From a virus (Duplodnaviria > Caudoviricetes), in the IMG/VR virus record IMGVR_UViG_3300030372_004539, positions 1 through 37,873 of that record: 37,873 bases of DNA. One strand, written 5' to 3'. The position numbers and the translations under genes were made by a program. The notes under the pieces were generated by a model. That model made no database searches and had not been told where the DNA came from. It saw only the letters and a program-made list of their open reading frames with translations. Shown piece after piece: positions 26,533-34,273 of the stretch (position 1 is its first letter; each line of letters starts with the position of its first letter).

Positions 26533-28091
26533 TTGGCACTCCCCCATGGTCACCTTATGGGAGGACTCAGACAGGGGCGGCTAGCTCTCCTGACGCAGGC
26601 CCTACTGGTAAGTCGTACGAGTTTGACGGAGTTGATGACTACGTGTTGGCCAACGGCGCATCCGGTGCTGTTGACTTTAACAACAGCGCACACTCCGTGT
26701 CTGTGTGGACAAAGGTGCCCCCCACAACAGACCCGCTGTCTGCTATCTGGGCGTTTACCAACACCTCTGCTAGCAACTCAAGGTACTGGCTGGCTATCAC
26801 CGCAGCGGGCGCGGTTAACCTGTACGGATGGAGCAACTCTGCGGGCGTTTACCTTTTTGGAGGAGCGGGCGGGGTAAGCGTTGGGTCTGGCCTTGACGAC
26901 AACGCATGGCACCACATTACCGTGACATACGACGGAGCAACCGCGCTCAAGATATACATAGACGGGGGTCCGGCCTCTACCGTTGTCGTGGGCGCTGGGA
27001 CTCTCGACTCTGACACCTTCTCTTTTGGCGCGAGAAGGGTAAGCGGAGCAACGGGCTACGCTGCCAACTGCTTTATTCATCAGGCCAGTGTTTACTTGGC
27101 CGAGCTTACTGCGTCTCAAGTTGCAGCCGTTTACAACAACAACCGGCCTGTTGATGAGACGGCCCTTGCTCCATCGCCCCGCTACTATTACAGGTTTGGC
27201 AACGGAGACATGCTGTTCCCGACCCTAAAGAACTACGGGTCCGGCACAGGGGATGGCACCGCCTACAACATGCACCCGAGTGCAATAGTGGACGACCAGC
27301 CAGCAGGCATGAGCTACCTGTTAGACGGCGTGGATGACTACATAGAGGCTGATGCGGTAGCTAGCTCTGGAGGAAACTTCGACTGGCAGACTGACGCCCA
27401 GACGGTGGCTATCTGGTTTAAGACAAGCACCACTTCTCAGCAGGCGCTTTGGTCTTTCTCTAACAACGACAACCACGAGTACTACTACCTGCAAATTGAG
27501 GGCGCTTCTGGTGGCACCCCTGCGTACTTTAAGGCTATAGGCAGCGCGGGGTCGTCTAGCAACGTTGCCTTGTTTGGCAAGGACGACGCCGACACGAGCC
27601 CCAACGGCGCAAACAAAGAGGTCTGGGTTAACTCCACTGACACTAACGGCATCGACCCCACAGATGGCGAGTGGCACCACATTGTTATTACATACGTAGG
27701 AAGCAGCAGCACCGCCCAGGCTGTTAAGCTATACGCTGACGGCAACTACGTGGGATACTCCAAGTCCAGAAGCAGCGCCCTAAACGTGAAGGACTTTACT
27801 ATTGGAACCTTGCGTTATGACGGTGGCTCTAGGATCTCCCAGAGCTTTTCTGGGTACATCTCCCAGGTAAGTATGTGGACTAGCGAGTTGAGCGCATCTG
27901 ACGTCACCGCCTTGTATGGCTCTGGCAACATGCCTGACCCTCGCACGATAGGCACTCCTCCCCAGCACCTCTACCGGTTTGGGGCTGGAGACAATAGCTT
28001 CCCAACCCTTGTTGACTATGGGTCTGAGGGAGACAATGGGACTGCTGAAAACATGATAGCGTCTAACGTTAAGGATGATTCACCGCCATGA
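26529..28091 (+). CDS. Tandem LamG/concanavalin-like domain protein (receptor-binding or decoration)
   Basis: Two repeats with FDGVDDY, WHHI..TY, LYxDG and L.A..V..LY motifs; ATGA-coupled start at 26529. Confidence 0.8.
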   Translation: MIGTPPWSPYGRTQTGAASSPDAGPTGKSYEFDGVDDYVLANGASGAVDFNNSAHSVSVWTKVPPTTDPLSAIWAFTNTSASNSRYWLAITAAGAVNLYGWSNSAGVYLFGGAGGVSVGSGLDDNAWHHITVTYDGATALKIYIDGGPASTVVVGAGTLDSDTFSFGARRVSGATGYAANCFIHQASVYLAELTASQVAAVYNNNRPVDETALAPSPRYYYRFGNGDMLFPTLKNYGSGTGDGTAYNMHPSAIVDDQPAGMSYLLDGVDDYIEADAVASSGGNFDWQTDAQTVAIWFKTSTTSQQALWSFSNNDNHEYYYLQIEGASGGTPAYFKAIGSAGSSSNVALFGKDDADTSPNGANKEVWVNSTDTNGIDPTDGEWHHIVITYVGSSSTAQAVKLYADGNYVGYSKSRSSALNVKDFTIGTLRYDGGSRISQSFSGYISQVSMWTSELSASDVTALYGSGNMPDPRTIGTPPQHLYRFGAGDNSFPTLVDYGSEGDNGTAENMIASNVKDDSPP

Positions 28092-28291
28092 TCTTACACT
28101 ACAGGGTCTACCTAGCAGAGGAAGTAGAGTCTCACATGGGGACTCCTGCATGCGTCACCACAAGCCCCCGATACACACTGGATGGCACGCAAGCTATCCT
28201 CAAATTTACCGAGCCGGTTGACGGGTGGATTGACCATGCCGCAGCCCTCGCACTAGTTCAAACTTCAGCATGGCAGGAGGAGCCATCATGA
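28088..28291 (+). CDS. Small hypothetical protein accompanying the LamG protein
   Basis: ATGA coupling on both sides. Confidence 0.65.
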   Translation: MILHYRVYLAEEVESHMGTPACVTTSPRYTLDGTQAILKFTEPVDGWIDHAAALALVQTSAWQEEPS

Positions 28292-28671
28292 GTACAGGTA
28301 TGCCAGAGCGACAGCAGGCCAACTTCCCAACAGCAGACCAGCACTTTGTTATTGTGAAGATTGCCGCATCTTACACCCCTCCTGCTGCAGCGGCTAAGGC
28401 AGATCTAATGCCAGCCGTAAGGGCAGCGGTGGCAGTGGTTGCTAATGCGCTGTCGTCTCCTACATGGCCTAAGCACCCCAAGTCTTTAATCATCAGCAAC
28501 GATGACTCTGCTGCCCCCGTGTACCTTAGTAGTACCAACGGGACTCACGCCGCAGGAGAGGGCATGGTTATCCCTGCCGGGCAAAGCCTGTTCCTTGGGT
28601 ACCGAGAGGACGCACAGTCGCCGTTGCAGTACACGGCTGCTGCTGACTTTGCTGTGGCGGTGTTCTTCTAG
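28288..28671 (+). CDS. Hypothetical beta-rich virion protein
   Basis: AGGAGG RBS and ATGA-coupled start at 28288. Confidence 0.6.
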   Translation: MSTGMPERQQANFPTADQHFVIVKIAASYTPPAAAAKADLMPAVRAAVAVVANALSSPTWPKHPKSLIISNDDSAAPVYLSSTNGTHAAGEGMVIPAGQSLFLGYREDAQSPLQYTAAADFAVAVFF

Positions 28672-28955
28672 TGGGCGAAGAGTTCCTAGGCACTCTGGCA
28701 GAGCAGGGGATACTTGGTATCTTCTGTATCTTCCTTATCTATCTGCACATGCAGAGCGATAAGAGGATGGCTCGGCTAGAGGAGAAGCGAGAGGCTGACC
28801 AGAAAGAGCTAGACTCTGTGCTGGATACTATCGCTGCCCATGTTGAGGAACTCCTACGCATCACTAAGGAGAGGCTGCAAGACGAGAAGCTTGAGCGCAT
28901 GGTACGCCAAGGCTCCAGGGTAGCAGCTAAGACTAAGACGGGAGAGGCTCGATGA
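28671..28955 (+). CDS. Holin-like membrane protein (1 TM plus coiled coil)
   Basis: EQGILGIFCIFLIYL hydrophobic helix followed by a charged coiled-coil tail. Confidence 0.55.
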   Translation: MGEEFLGTLAEQGILGIFCIFLIYLHMQSDKRMARLEEKREADQKELDSVLDTIAAHVEELLRITKERLQDEKLERMVRQGSRVAAKTKTGEAR

Positions 28956-29818
28956 GCAAAAGAACTCCCAGGTCAGACGCTGCTGATTTGCTTTTTAATC
29001 AAGAGGCATTGACTAGCGCCAAGGAGCTCCCTGGCTACAAGGGCAGGGAGATGTTCTTCAGGATTACCCCGGAAGAGTTTCTTTCTGTGAGTGAGAAGAT
29101 ATCTAGCCCGGAGCTTAGCGCGAAGAAGAAGGATGCCATCAAGGCGGCGATTAAGTCTGGCCAGCCATTGAGGGACATACCGTTCCTTAAGATCGATGAG
29201 ACTGGCAGGGTTGTTGGTCACGAGGGGAGGCATCGCGCATTGGTCCTGCAAGAGATGGGGTACGGAGACATGCCCGCCACCCTTACGAGCAGCAGGACTA
29301 GGTTTAGCGAGCAGGTAGACCCTTCTAGGTTTGACTACTTAGAAGATCTGCCACGCACGATTAAGGCTCAGGCTGGTGCGGCTGATGAGGCCGCGTCTAT
29401 CGCGGTGCCTTACGAGACATCAGGGCCAAGGCGGGGGCTGCTGAAGAGCCTAGCTCCCAAGGCTCTGGCCACAGGCGTAGCCGCCAAGCTCATGCTGGGG
29501 GGAGCGGCCAAGGCAGCAGGACTACCTGGAGTGGGCGAGGTCATCGAGGTGGCAGGGCGTGAAGACCCAAGCCTCCAGCAGTTCTTCCGAGACGAGTCGT
29601 TGTTTTCTGAGGAGAACATCACCGGAGCACTCGGCCTGCCCCAGCGCAGCCAGATGCCGGTGTATAGCATGGACCCAGCGCGAGAGAGCGCAGCGCGAGT
29701 CATGCTCAGGACAGGCAGGAAGAACCTGAGGCCCGCCTTTGATGAGCCTGCCATCACCGAGCAAGAGATTAAGTACGTCAAAGACAAGCAGGCCAAGAGG
29801 CCTTCGAGGAACCCATGA
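28952..29818 (+). CDS. ParB/Srx-like N-terminal domain protein
   Basis: IK.AIKSG.PL..IPFL.I...G.VVGHEGRHRA..L...G motif. Confidence 0.6.
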   Translation: MSKRTPRSDAADLLFNQEALTSAKELPGYKGREMFFRITPEEFLSVSEKISSPELSAKKKDAIKAAIKSGQPLRDIPFLKIDETGRVVGHEGRHRALVLQEMGYGDMPATLTSSRTRFSEQVDPSRFDYLEDLPRTIKAQAGAADEAASIAVPYETSGPRRGLLKSLAPKALATGVAAKLMLGGAAKAAGLPGVGEVIEVAGREDPSLQQFFRDESLFSEENITGALGLPQRSQMPVYSMDPARESAARVMLRTGRKNLRPAFDEPAITEQEIKYVKDKQAKRPSRNP

Positions 29819-30135
29819 GCGAGCCACTTACATTAGAAACCCTTACGTTTGACAGGCTAGCTGTCATCATCTGCATCTGCGCTTTAGCTTCGTCCTCGCT
29901 AACGCAGGTGGTTAAGGCTATGTTCAAAGCGAGGAGCCTATCCGATGCAGGCATCAGGCGACCTCTCCTCCGCGCTGTATCTGTAATCCTTGGAGGGAGC
30001 TTCGGATACAGTGTCGGAGGATTTACACAACTCGGTGCCATCATTGGCATTGGGGCTGGGTCACTAACCACCTTTGTGGTTGCTCAGATCCGAGCTAAGA
30101 TCAAAGCAACCACACAAGAAAAGGAAGACTTCTGA
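29815..30135 (+). CDS. Holin-like multi-pass membrane protein
   Basis: Three hydrophobic segments and a basic C-terminus. Confidence 0.6.
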   Translation: MSEPLTLETLTFDRLAVIICICALASSSLTQVVKAMFKARSLSDAGIRRPLLRAVSVILGGSFGYSVGGFTQLGAIIGIGAGSLTTFVVAQIRAKIKATTQEKEDF

Positions 30136-30434
30136 TGGAGTACTTAATCCCAGCCCTAACAGCGGTGTGCGGGTTCTTCTTTGTTATGTGGAAGAGAGCT
30201 ACCATAGACAGGGACAGGATTGAGCGCAGGTCCAGGGCTATCGCTGAGACTAAGAAGCTCAAGCGACACACCTCTACTGTTATGCAGCAGGCTATTGACC
30301 TTCGTGACGCTAAGCTACTAGAGCTAGACAAGAAGCGCATGAGAAGAAAGAAAGAGCTTGAGCTAGCAGCAGCCAACATCGCTAACACAACATCGGCAGC
30401 AGACGTAGCCGCTGCTTGGAACCAGGAGTTTTAA
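30135..30434 (+). CDS. Inner-membrane spanin-like (Rz-like) protein
   Basis: N-terminal TM helix followed by a coiled coil, next to a holin-like gene. Confidence 0.5.
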   Translation: MEYLIPALTAVCGFFFVMWKRATIDRDRIERRSRAIAETKKLKRHTSTVMQQAIDLRDAKLLELDKKRMRRKKELELAAANIANTTSAADVAAAWNQEF

Positions 30435-30435
30435 G

Positions 30436-31668
30436 ATGTCTAGCTGGAACTGGAAGGGCTATAAGTATAGCTCAAAAAACCCCCATGTAGGGCGTAGCGG
30501 CTCCCCCATCCCCGCCACTGTGGGCAAGGCTAGGGCTTGGGAGCGCAAGAACAACCCAACAAAGGTGGCCACGATGGAACGGGCGGCTCTGCAAAGCAGG
30601 ATAGCTGCCGCTAAAAAGAACCCGTTTGGTAAGTCTAGGGTTAAGAAGCTTGAGAGAGAGCTAGCGTCCGTTAGGGGGGGTGGGGCAAAGCCCACGGAAT
30701 CTAGTGGAATGGATACTTTCGTAAAGAGCTTCAAGTACGATGAGGCAATCAGAAGGTACAAGAAGCTTCACGGCAAGATCCCAACCGTTGATCAACTTGA
30801 GCAGTTTGTAAAAAGAACCAGCCCAACCAGCGACAAGAGGGTGGCCAAGTACGAAAAGCTTACCACTGAGTACAAAAAACAGTACGGCAAAACCCCAACC
30901 GTTGATCAGCTTGAGTCCTTTGAAAAACACAAAAGTACCGGGGGCAAGCAAGACAAGCCTGGCCGGGAGAAGGCTTCCCCACCGCCTAAAGTGGCCAAGA
31001 AAGAGCCAGCGCCAGCCAAGAAGGCATCCCTTAAGGGAGCGCCCCGGCCTGAGCTACCCAAGAAGAGCGACCCTGAGTACAAGGCTAAGCTGTCTAAGTT
31101 CCGTAAGTGGTATACCGCCAACCGAGCCAAGCCCAAGAAGAAGAAAGTTGTCCTTACAAAGGCAGCGCCTATCAAGGCAGCACCGGCTAAGGCAGCGCCC
31201 AAGAAGGTGGCAGACCCTACCGGACTAAAGGCTCGCATCGCACAGAAGCGCAAGACAGGTCAGCGCATCCCCAAGTCGTGGCTTAAGGCTGAGCGAGAGA
31301 AAGACCTTAAGGTAACCAAGGAGAATCTCGCAGAGGTGCAACGAGGCCGCAAAGAAATGGCAGAGCGCAAGTCTAGGATTGCTGCGGCTAACATGAAGGT
31401 CACCAAAGAGAACTTGGCCGAGGTCCAGCGCGGACGTAAGGAGATGTCTGAACGCAAGGCCAGGGTATCAGCCGACGCTAGCCGACGACGGGATCAGCGC
31501 CTAGCCAAGCTAGACCCTCTGGTAAAGGCCAGGCAGAAGGCAGAGGTAGCCCGTGGCAAGACAGAGGCACAAGAAAGAGTCGCTCGCATGAGAAAAGATG
31601 CGGCTGAGCGAGCCAGGCGTAAAAAAATGCAGGCTAAGATGTCTGCCCTACCAGGATTCAGGAGATAA
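30436..31668 (+). CDS. Very basic Lys/Arg-rich protein with internal repeats
   Basis: 410 aa; repeats YKK..GK.PTVDQLE.F (x2) and KVTKENLAEVQRGRKEM (x2); AKAAPKK tracts. Confidence 0.7.
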   Translation: MSSWNWKGYKYSSKNPHVGRSGSPIPATVGKARAWERKNNPTKVATMERAALQSRIAAAKKNPFGKSRVKKLERELASVRGGGAKPTESSGMDTFVKSFKYDEAIRRYKKLHGKIPTVDQLEQFVKRTSPTSDKRVAKYEKLTTEYKKQYGKTPTVDQLESFEKHKSTGGKQDKPGREKASPPPKVAKKEPAPAKKASLKGAPRPELPKKSDPEYKAKLSKFRKWYTANRAKPKKKKVVLTKAAPIKAAPAKAAPKKVADPTGLKARIAQKRKTGQRIPKSWLKAEREKDLKVTKENLAEVQRGRKEMAERKSRIAAANMKVTKENLAEVQRGRKEMSERKARVSADASRRRDQRLAKLDPLVKARQKAEVARGKTEAQERVARMRKDAAERARRKKMQAKMSALPGFRR

Positions 31669-31670
31669 CA

Positions 31671-32237
31671 ATGCCAAAGGTTGGTAACAAGAAGTTCCCC
31701 TACACGGCCAAGGGGAAGTCTCAGGCTCGCCGAGAGGCCGCACTTAGGGCCCGCAAAATGGACCAAAGCAAGAGGCCAAGAACCGAGTCATCCTTTAATG
31801 TTGAAAGGGAGTACGCTCAACAAGCTAAGGACCAGTCATCTTTTATTAAGGGCGAGGCCAAGAAGGACAGGGCCGGTGCTCGCAAGATGCTTGACCGTAT
31901 GGCGGATAAGGCAGTGGGCGACGCAAAGGTTGCTCGTAGGCTGGTCGATTTCAAGAAGTCTAAGCGGCCTAAGAAGCAGCCATCAAAGGAGCAGCTTAAA
32001 GAAACTCGCTATCTTGCTGACGCCAAGGCTGCACGAGAAGGGCTACTGGACCTAACAGGAGCCAAGGCCCCTCCTCTTCCTAAGAACTGGCGCACGCTCG
32101 ATAAGAACAGTGGCATTCGTCAGCTATTCCGAGAGTGGTACAAGCAGAACCGTGGCAAGAATGCCAAGACCAAGAAGCCTAAGATTAACCTTCGCAAACA
32201 ACTCGCCCGGTTCGAGCGGGCTACCGGACAGAAGTGA
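31671..32237 (+). CDS. Basic hypothetical protein (MPKVGNKKFPYT N-terminus)
   Basis: 188 aa, K/R-rich; AGGAG RBS. Confidence 0.7.
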   Translation: MPKVGNKKFPYTAKGKSQARREAALRARKMDQSKRPRTESSFNVEREYAQQAKDQSSFIKGEAKKDRAGARKMLDRMADKAVGDAKVARRLVDFKKSKRPKKQPSKEQLKETRYLADAKAAREGLLDLTGAKAPPLPKNWRTLDKNSGIRQLFREWYKQNRGKNAKTKKPKINLRKQLARFERATGQK

Positions 32238-32247
32238 ACAAGAAGCA

Positions 32248-32415
32248 ATGCCCCTGGTATCAAAGGCTCAAGCTGCTTGGATGAAGAGGAACCATAGGTC
32301 TATGTACGACCGGTGGCTAAAGCACACCTCTAAGGAGGAGCTTAGTAGACTCCCTCTCCGGGCTAGGCAGCAGGCGGCTAAGGACCAGTTGCAGAAGAAG
32401 AAGCCAGAGGTATGA
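32248..32415 (+). CDS. Small basic hypothetical protein (MPLVSKAQ..WM)
   Basis: 55 aa from ATG 32248; stop is ATGA-coupled to the next gene. Confidence 0.6.
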   Translation: MPLVSKAQAAWMKRNHRSMYDRWLKHTSKEELSRLPLRARQQAAKDQLQKKKPEV

Positions 32416-32789
32416 GCAACTATACCAACCCTTCTCTTAGGGAGCGGATCAAGAACGAGGTTATGGCTGGGTCCAAAGGCGGTAAGCCTGGACAGTGGTC
32501 TGCTCGTAAGGCTCAGATCCTAAACGCCAGATACAAGAAGGCTGGCGGAGGATTCAAAGGCCCTAAGACTAAAGCGCAGAAGAGCTTGTCGAACTGGACC
32601 AAGCAGGACTGGGGGTACAGCGGCAAGGGGAAGGGGGTCTATCTTCCCAAGGCCAAGAGGCAGGCGCTTAAGAGCACGCCACAAGGCAGGAGGAAGTTGG
32701 CCCGAGCCGAGGCCGCTAAGCGCATGGCAACCAAGAAGGGTAAGCAGTTCTCCCGTCACGGCTTAGCGGCGGGGACTAGCAGGTCTTGA
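32412..32789 (+). CDS. Basic protein, DUF5872-like
   Basis: YTNPSLRERIK...GGKPGQWSARKAQ...YKKAGGG and SL..WTKQDW motifs, recalled as common in uncultured phages; family name from memory. Confidence 0.6.
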   Translation: MSNYTNPSLRERIKNEVMAGSKGGKPGQWSARKAQILNARYKKAGGGFKGPKTKAQKSLSNWTKQDWGYSGKGKGVYLPKAKRQALKSTPQGRRKLARAEAAKRMATKKGKQFSRHGLAAGTSRS

Positions 32790-33160
32790 TCACCTGGATC
32801 TTAACAGCGCTCCTGTTAAGCGCACCGTGCGAGCTAGCTGAGCCCATCGAGAAGGGGGCCACAGCGCATTGCAGCGGGCTACTTATACCCGTGCTTGAGG
32901 CGCGCGCGTGTATGCGCGTGAAGGCCGTAGAAATGCCCCTGTGTAGGGCAGATCTCGACCACTGCATAGAGGCCAAACAGGCGGAGGGCCAGGCTTATAC
33001 CAAGTCCCTGTCTGCCTTAGGCCGTCAGTCACAAGAGTTAGAACGATTACTATCCAACGCGTTAGAGCCTGAGCCTTGGTGGCATGACCCTTATGTAGGG
33101 TTCACCATCGGCGTAGTCACTACCGGGATAGTCGCGTTCACCTTGTCTGTCGCCAGATAA
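32786..33160 (+). CDS. Envelope protein with N-terminal signal, Cys residues and C-terminal TM; spanin-like
   Basis: Hydrophobic N-terminus, coiled coil, PWW..P.VGF.IGV C-terminal TM. Confidence 0.55.
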   Translation: MITWILTALLLSAPCELAEPIEKGATAHCSGLLIPVLEARACMRVKAVEMPLCRADLDHCIEAKQAEGQAYTKSLSALGRQSQELERLLSNALEPEPWWHDPYVGFTIGVVTTGIVAFTLSVAR

Positions 33161-33227
33161 AAAAAGGGCCCCGATACATTCCTAGTTACCCCGACCACGA
33201 GGGGGGCTAGTAAATGTATCGAGGCCC
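33159..33227 (-). terminator. Long-stem intrinsic terminator at the convergence of the two operons
   Basis: Minus strand GGGCCTCGATACATT...AATGTATCGGGGCCC followed by T7. Confidence 0.75.
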
Positions 33228-33263
33228 AACAGGGCAGCCTTCATCAGGTTACCGTGCGCCCTG

Positions 33264-33446
33264 TCATCGCTCTAGTGTCTCACACCTATAGCACAAGCCA
33301 GGCTCATCAGTATCAGCATCTAGTATAGCTGGGTACTCGTGACACTCATGGCAGTTAGGCGGGTCGGCAGGAGCCCGGTCGTATCCCGTGGCATAAAGCC
33401 GCTGGTACCTAGAGTTATGGGTTGGCTCATAAGGATCATACCTCAT
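33264..33446 (-). CDS. Small Cys4 zinc-finger-like protein
   Basis: CHEC...CYRC; GGAGGAAGG RBS; ATGA coupling. Confidence 0.6.
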   Translation of the reverse strand: MRYDPYEPTHNSRYQRLYATGYDRAPADPPNCHECHEYPAILDADTDEPGLCYRCETLER

Positions 33447-33706
33447 CGACCTTCCTCCTTATGCTTGCTGGGGTAAAGGTTAAGCAGTTGATTCTCAAAC
33501 AGGCCAGCCTTAAACGAGGAGTACTCCCTGGCTTGTGTGATGTCGCCCCTGTCGATAAGCGACACGATGGTAGCGAACGCATCAGCAGCAGCCATAATAT
33601 CCTCAGCATGGTCACTAGCCGAGGGGAAGTAATCAGGGTGAGGCTCTACCTCTACCTCCCTCTTCTCTCCCCTAGTCATAGGCTCGTGTCTTTCATAATC
33701 ACTCAT
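33443..33706 (-). CDS. Hypothetical protein
   Basis: AGGAGATA RBS; lies within the minus-strand operon. Confidence 0.65.
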   Translation of the reverse strand: MSDYERHEPMTRGEKREVEVEPHPDYFPSASDHAEDIMAAADAFATIVSLIDRGDITQAREYSSFKAGLFENQLLNLYPSKHKEEGR

Positions 33707-33715
33707 AGTTATCTC

Positions 33716-34273
33716 CTAGAATGGAATGTCATCATCATTAAACGTGCCCTGCTCAGGCGGTGGAGGTGGCTGTGGGTTACGGCGCTCAGGCTTACCATCG
33801 ATAGGCCAGTACTGCTTAGGCTGTACAACCTCGCCCCATTCCTTACGCACAGTCTCTACGCGAACCTTAAGGCGTGCGCCCTTGAGTTCCATAGGGTCAT
33901 CCCAGTCTGGGCGGTTAGCCGCCGTGCTCATAATGCCAAGCCACTTACGGCCCTGACGCAGTGAGTCTACCCGTGAGTGATAGAACAGGAAGTAAGCCTG
34001 GAACTGCTTACCAGAGAACTGCCCACCCTCTACCTCAAAGACGACACGCACGTTCTTGGAAGGGTCGCCCTCTTTAATGGTGCCATTCCTAACCCCATCG
34101 TCCCCAACCTCTGAGAGATAGTTGATAGCCTCGGAACTGATTTGATCAGCCGATGTCTTAAGGTCTTTGATGTATGCGTTCTTAATCACGCAGTCATAAG
34201 TACCATCAGCCACAGGCCCGAACTTGTTATCGGGTGAATAGTCAGTTGCATAGTCGCTAGATCGAAACCCCAT
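33716..34273 (-). CDS. Single-stranded DNA-binding protein (DUF669-like)
   Basis: FGPVADGTYDCVI, F.VEGGQFSG, acidic C-terminal DDDIPF tail; adjacent to the annealase. Confidence 0.82.
   Translation of the reverse strand: MGFRSSDYATDYSPDNKFGPVADGTYDCVIKNAYIKDLKTSADQISSEAINYLSEVGDDGVRNGTIKEGDPSKNVRVVFEVEGGQFSGKQFQAYFLFYHSRVDSLRQGRKWLGIMSTAANRPDWDDPMELKGARLKVRVETVRKEWGEVVQPKQYWPIDGKPERRNPQPPPPPEQGTFNDDDIPF

Noticed and set aside
26529-28091. Diversity-generating retroelement target/template pair
   Set aside because: No reverse transcriptase; the two repeats differ at all base types and are an old in-frame domain duplication
33166-33263. Hammerhead ribozyme (CTGATGA on the minus strand at 33241-33247)
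   Set aside because: The putative stem II is followed by CGATA rather than GAAA, stem I cannot form, and a competing long terminator stem explains the sequence
33422-33964. 180-aa plus-strand ORF, and 35256..35696 likewise
   Set aside because: Antisense to SSB and other coupled minus-strand genes, and downstream of the operon boundary
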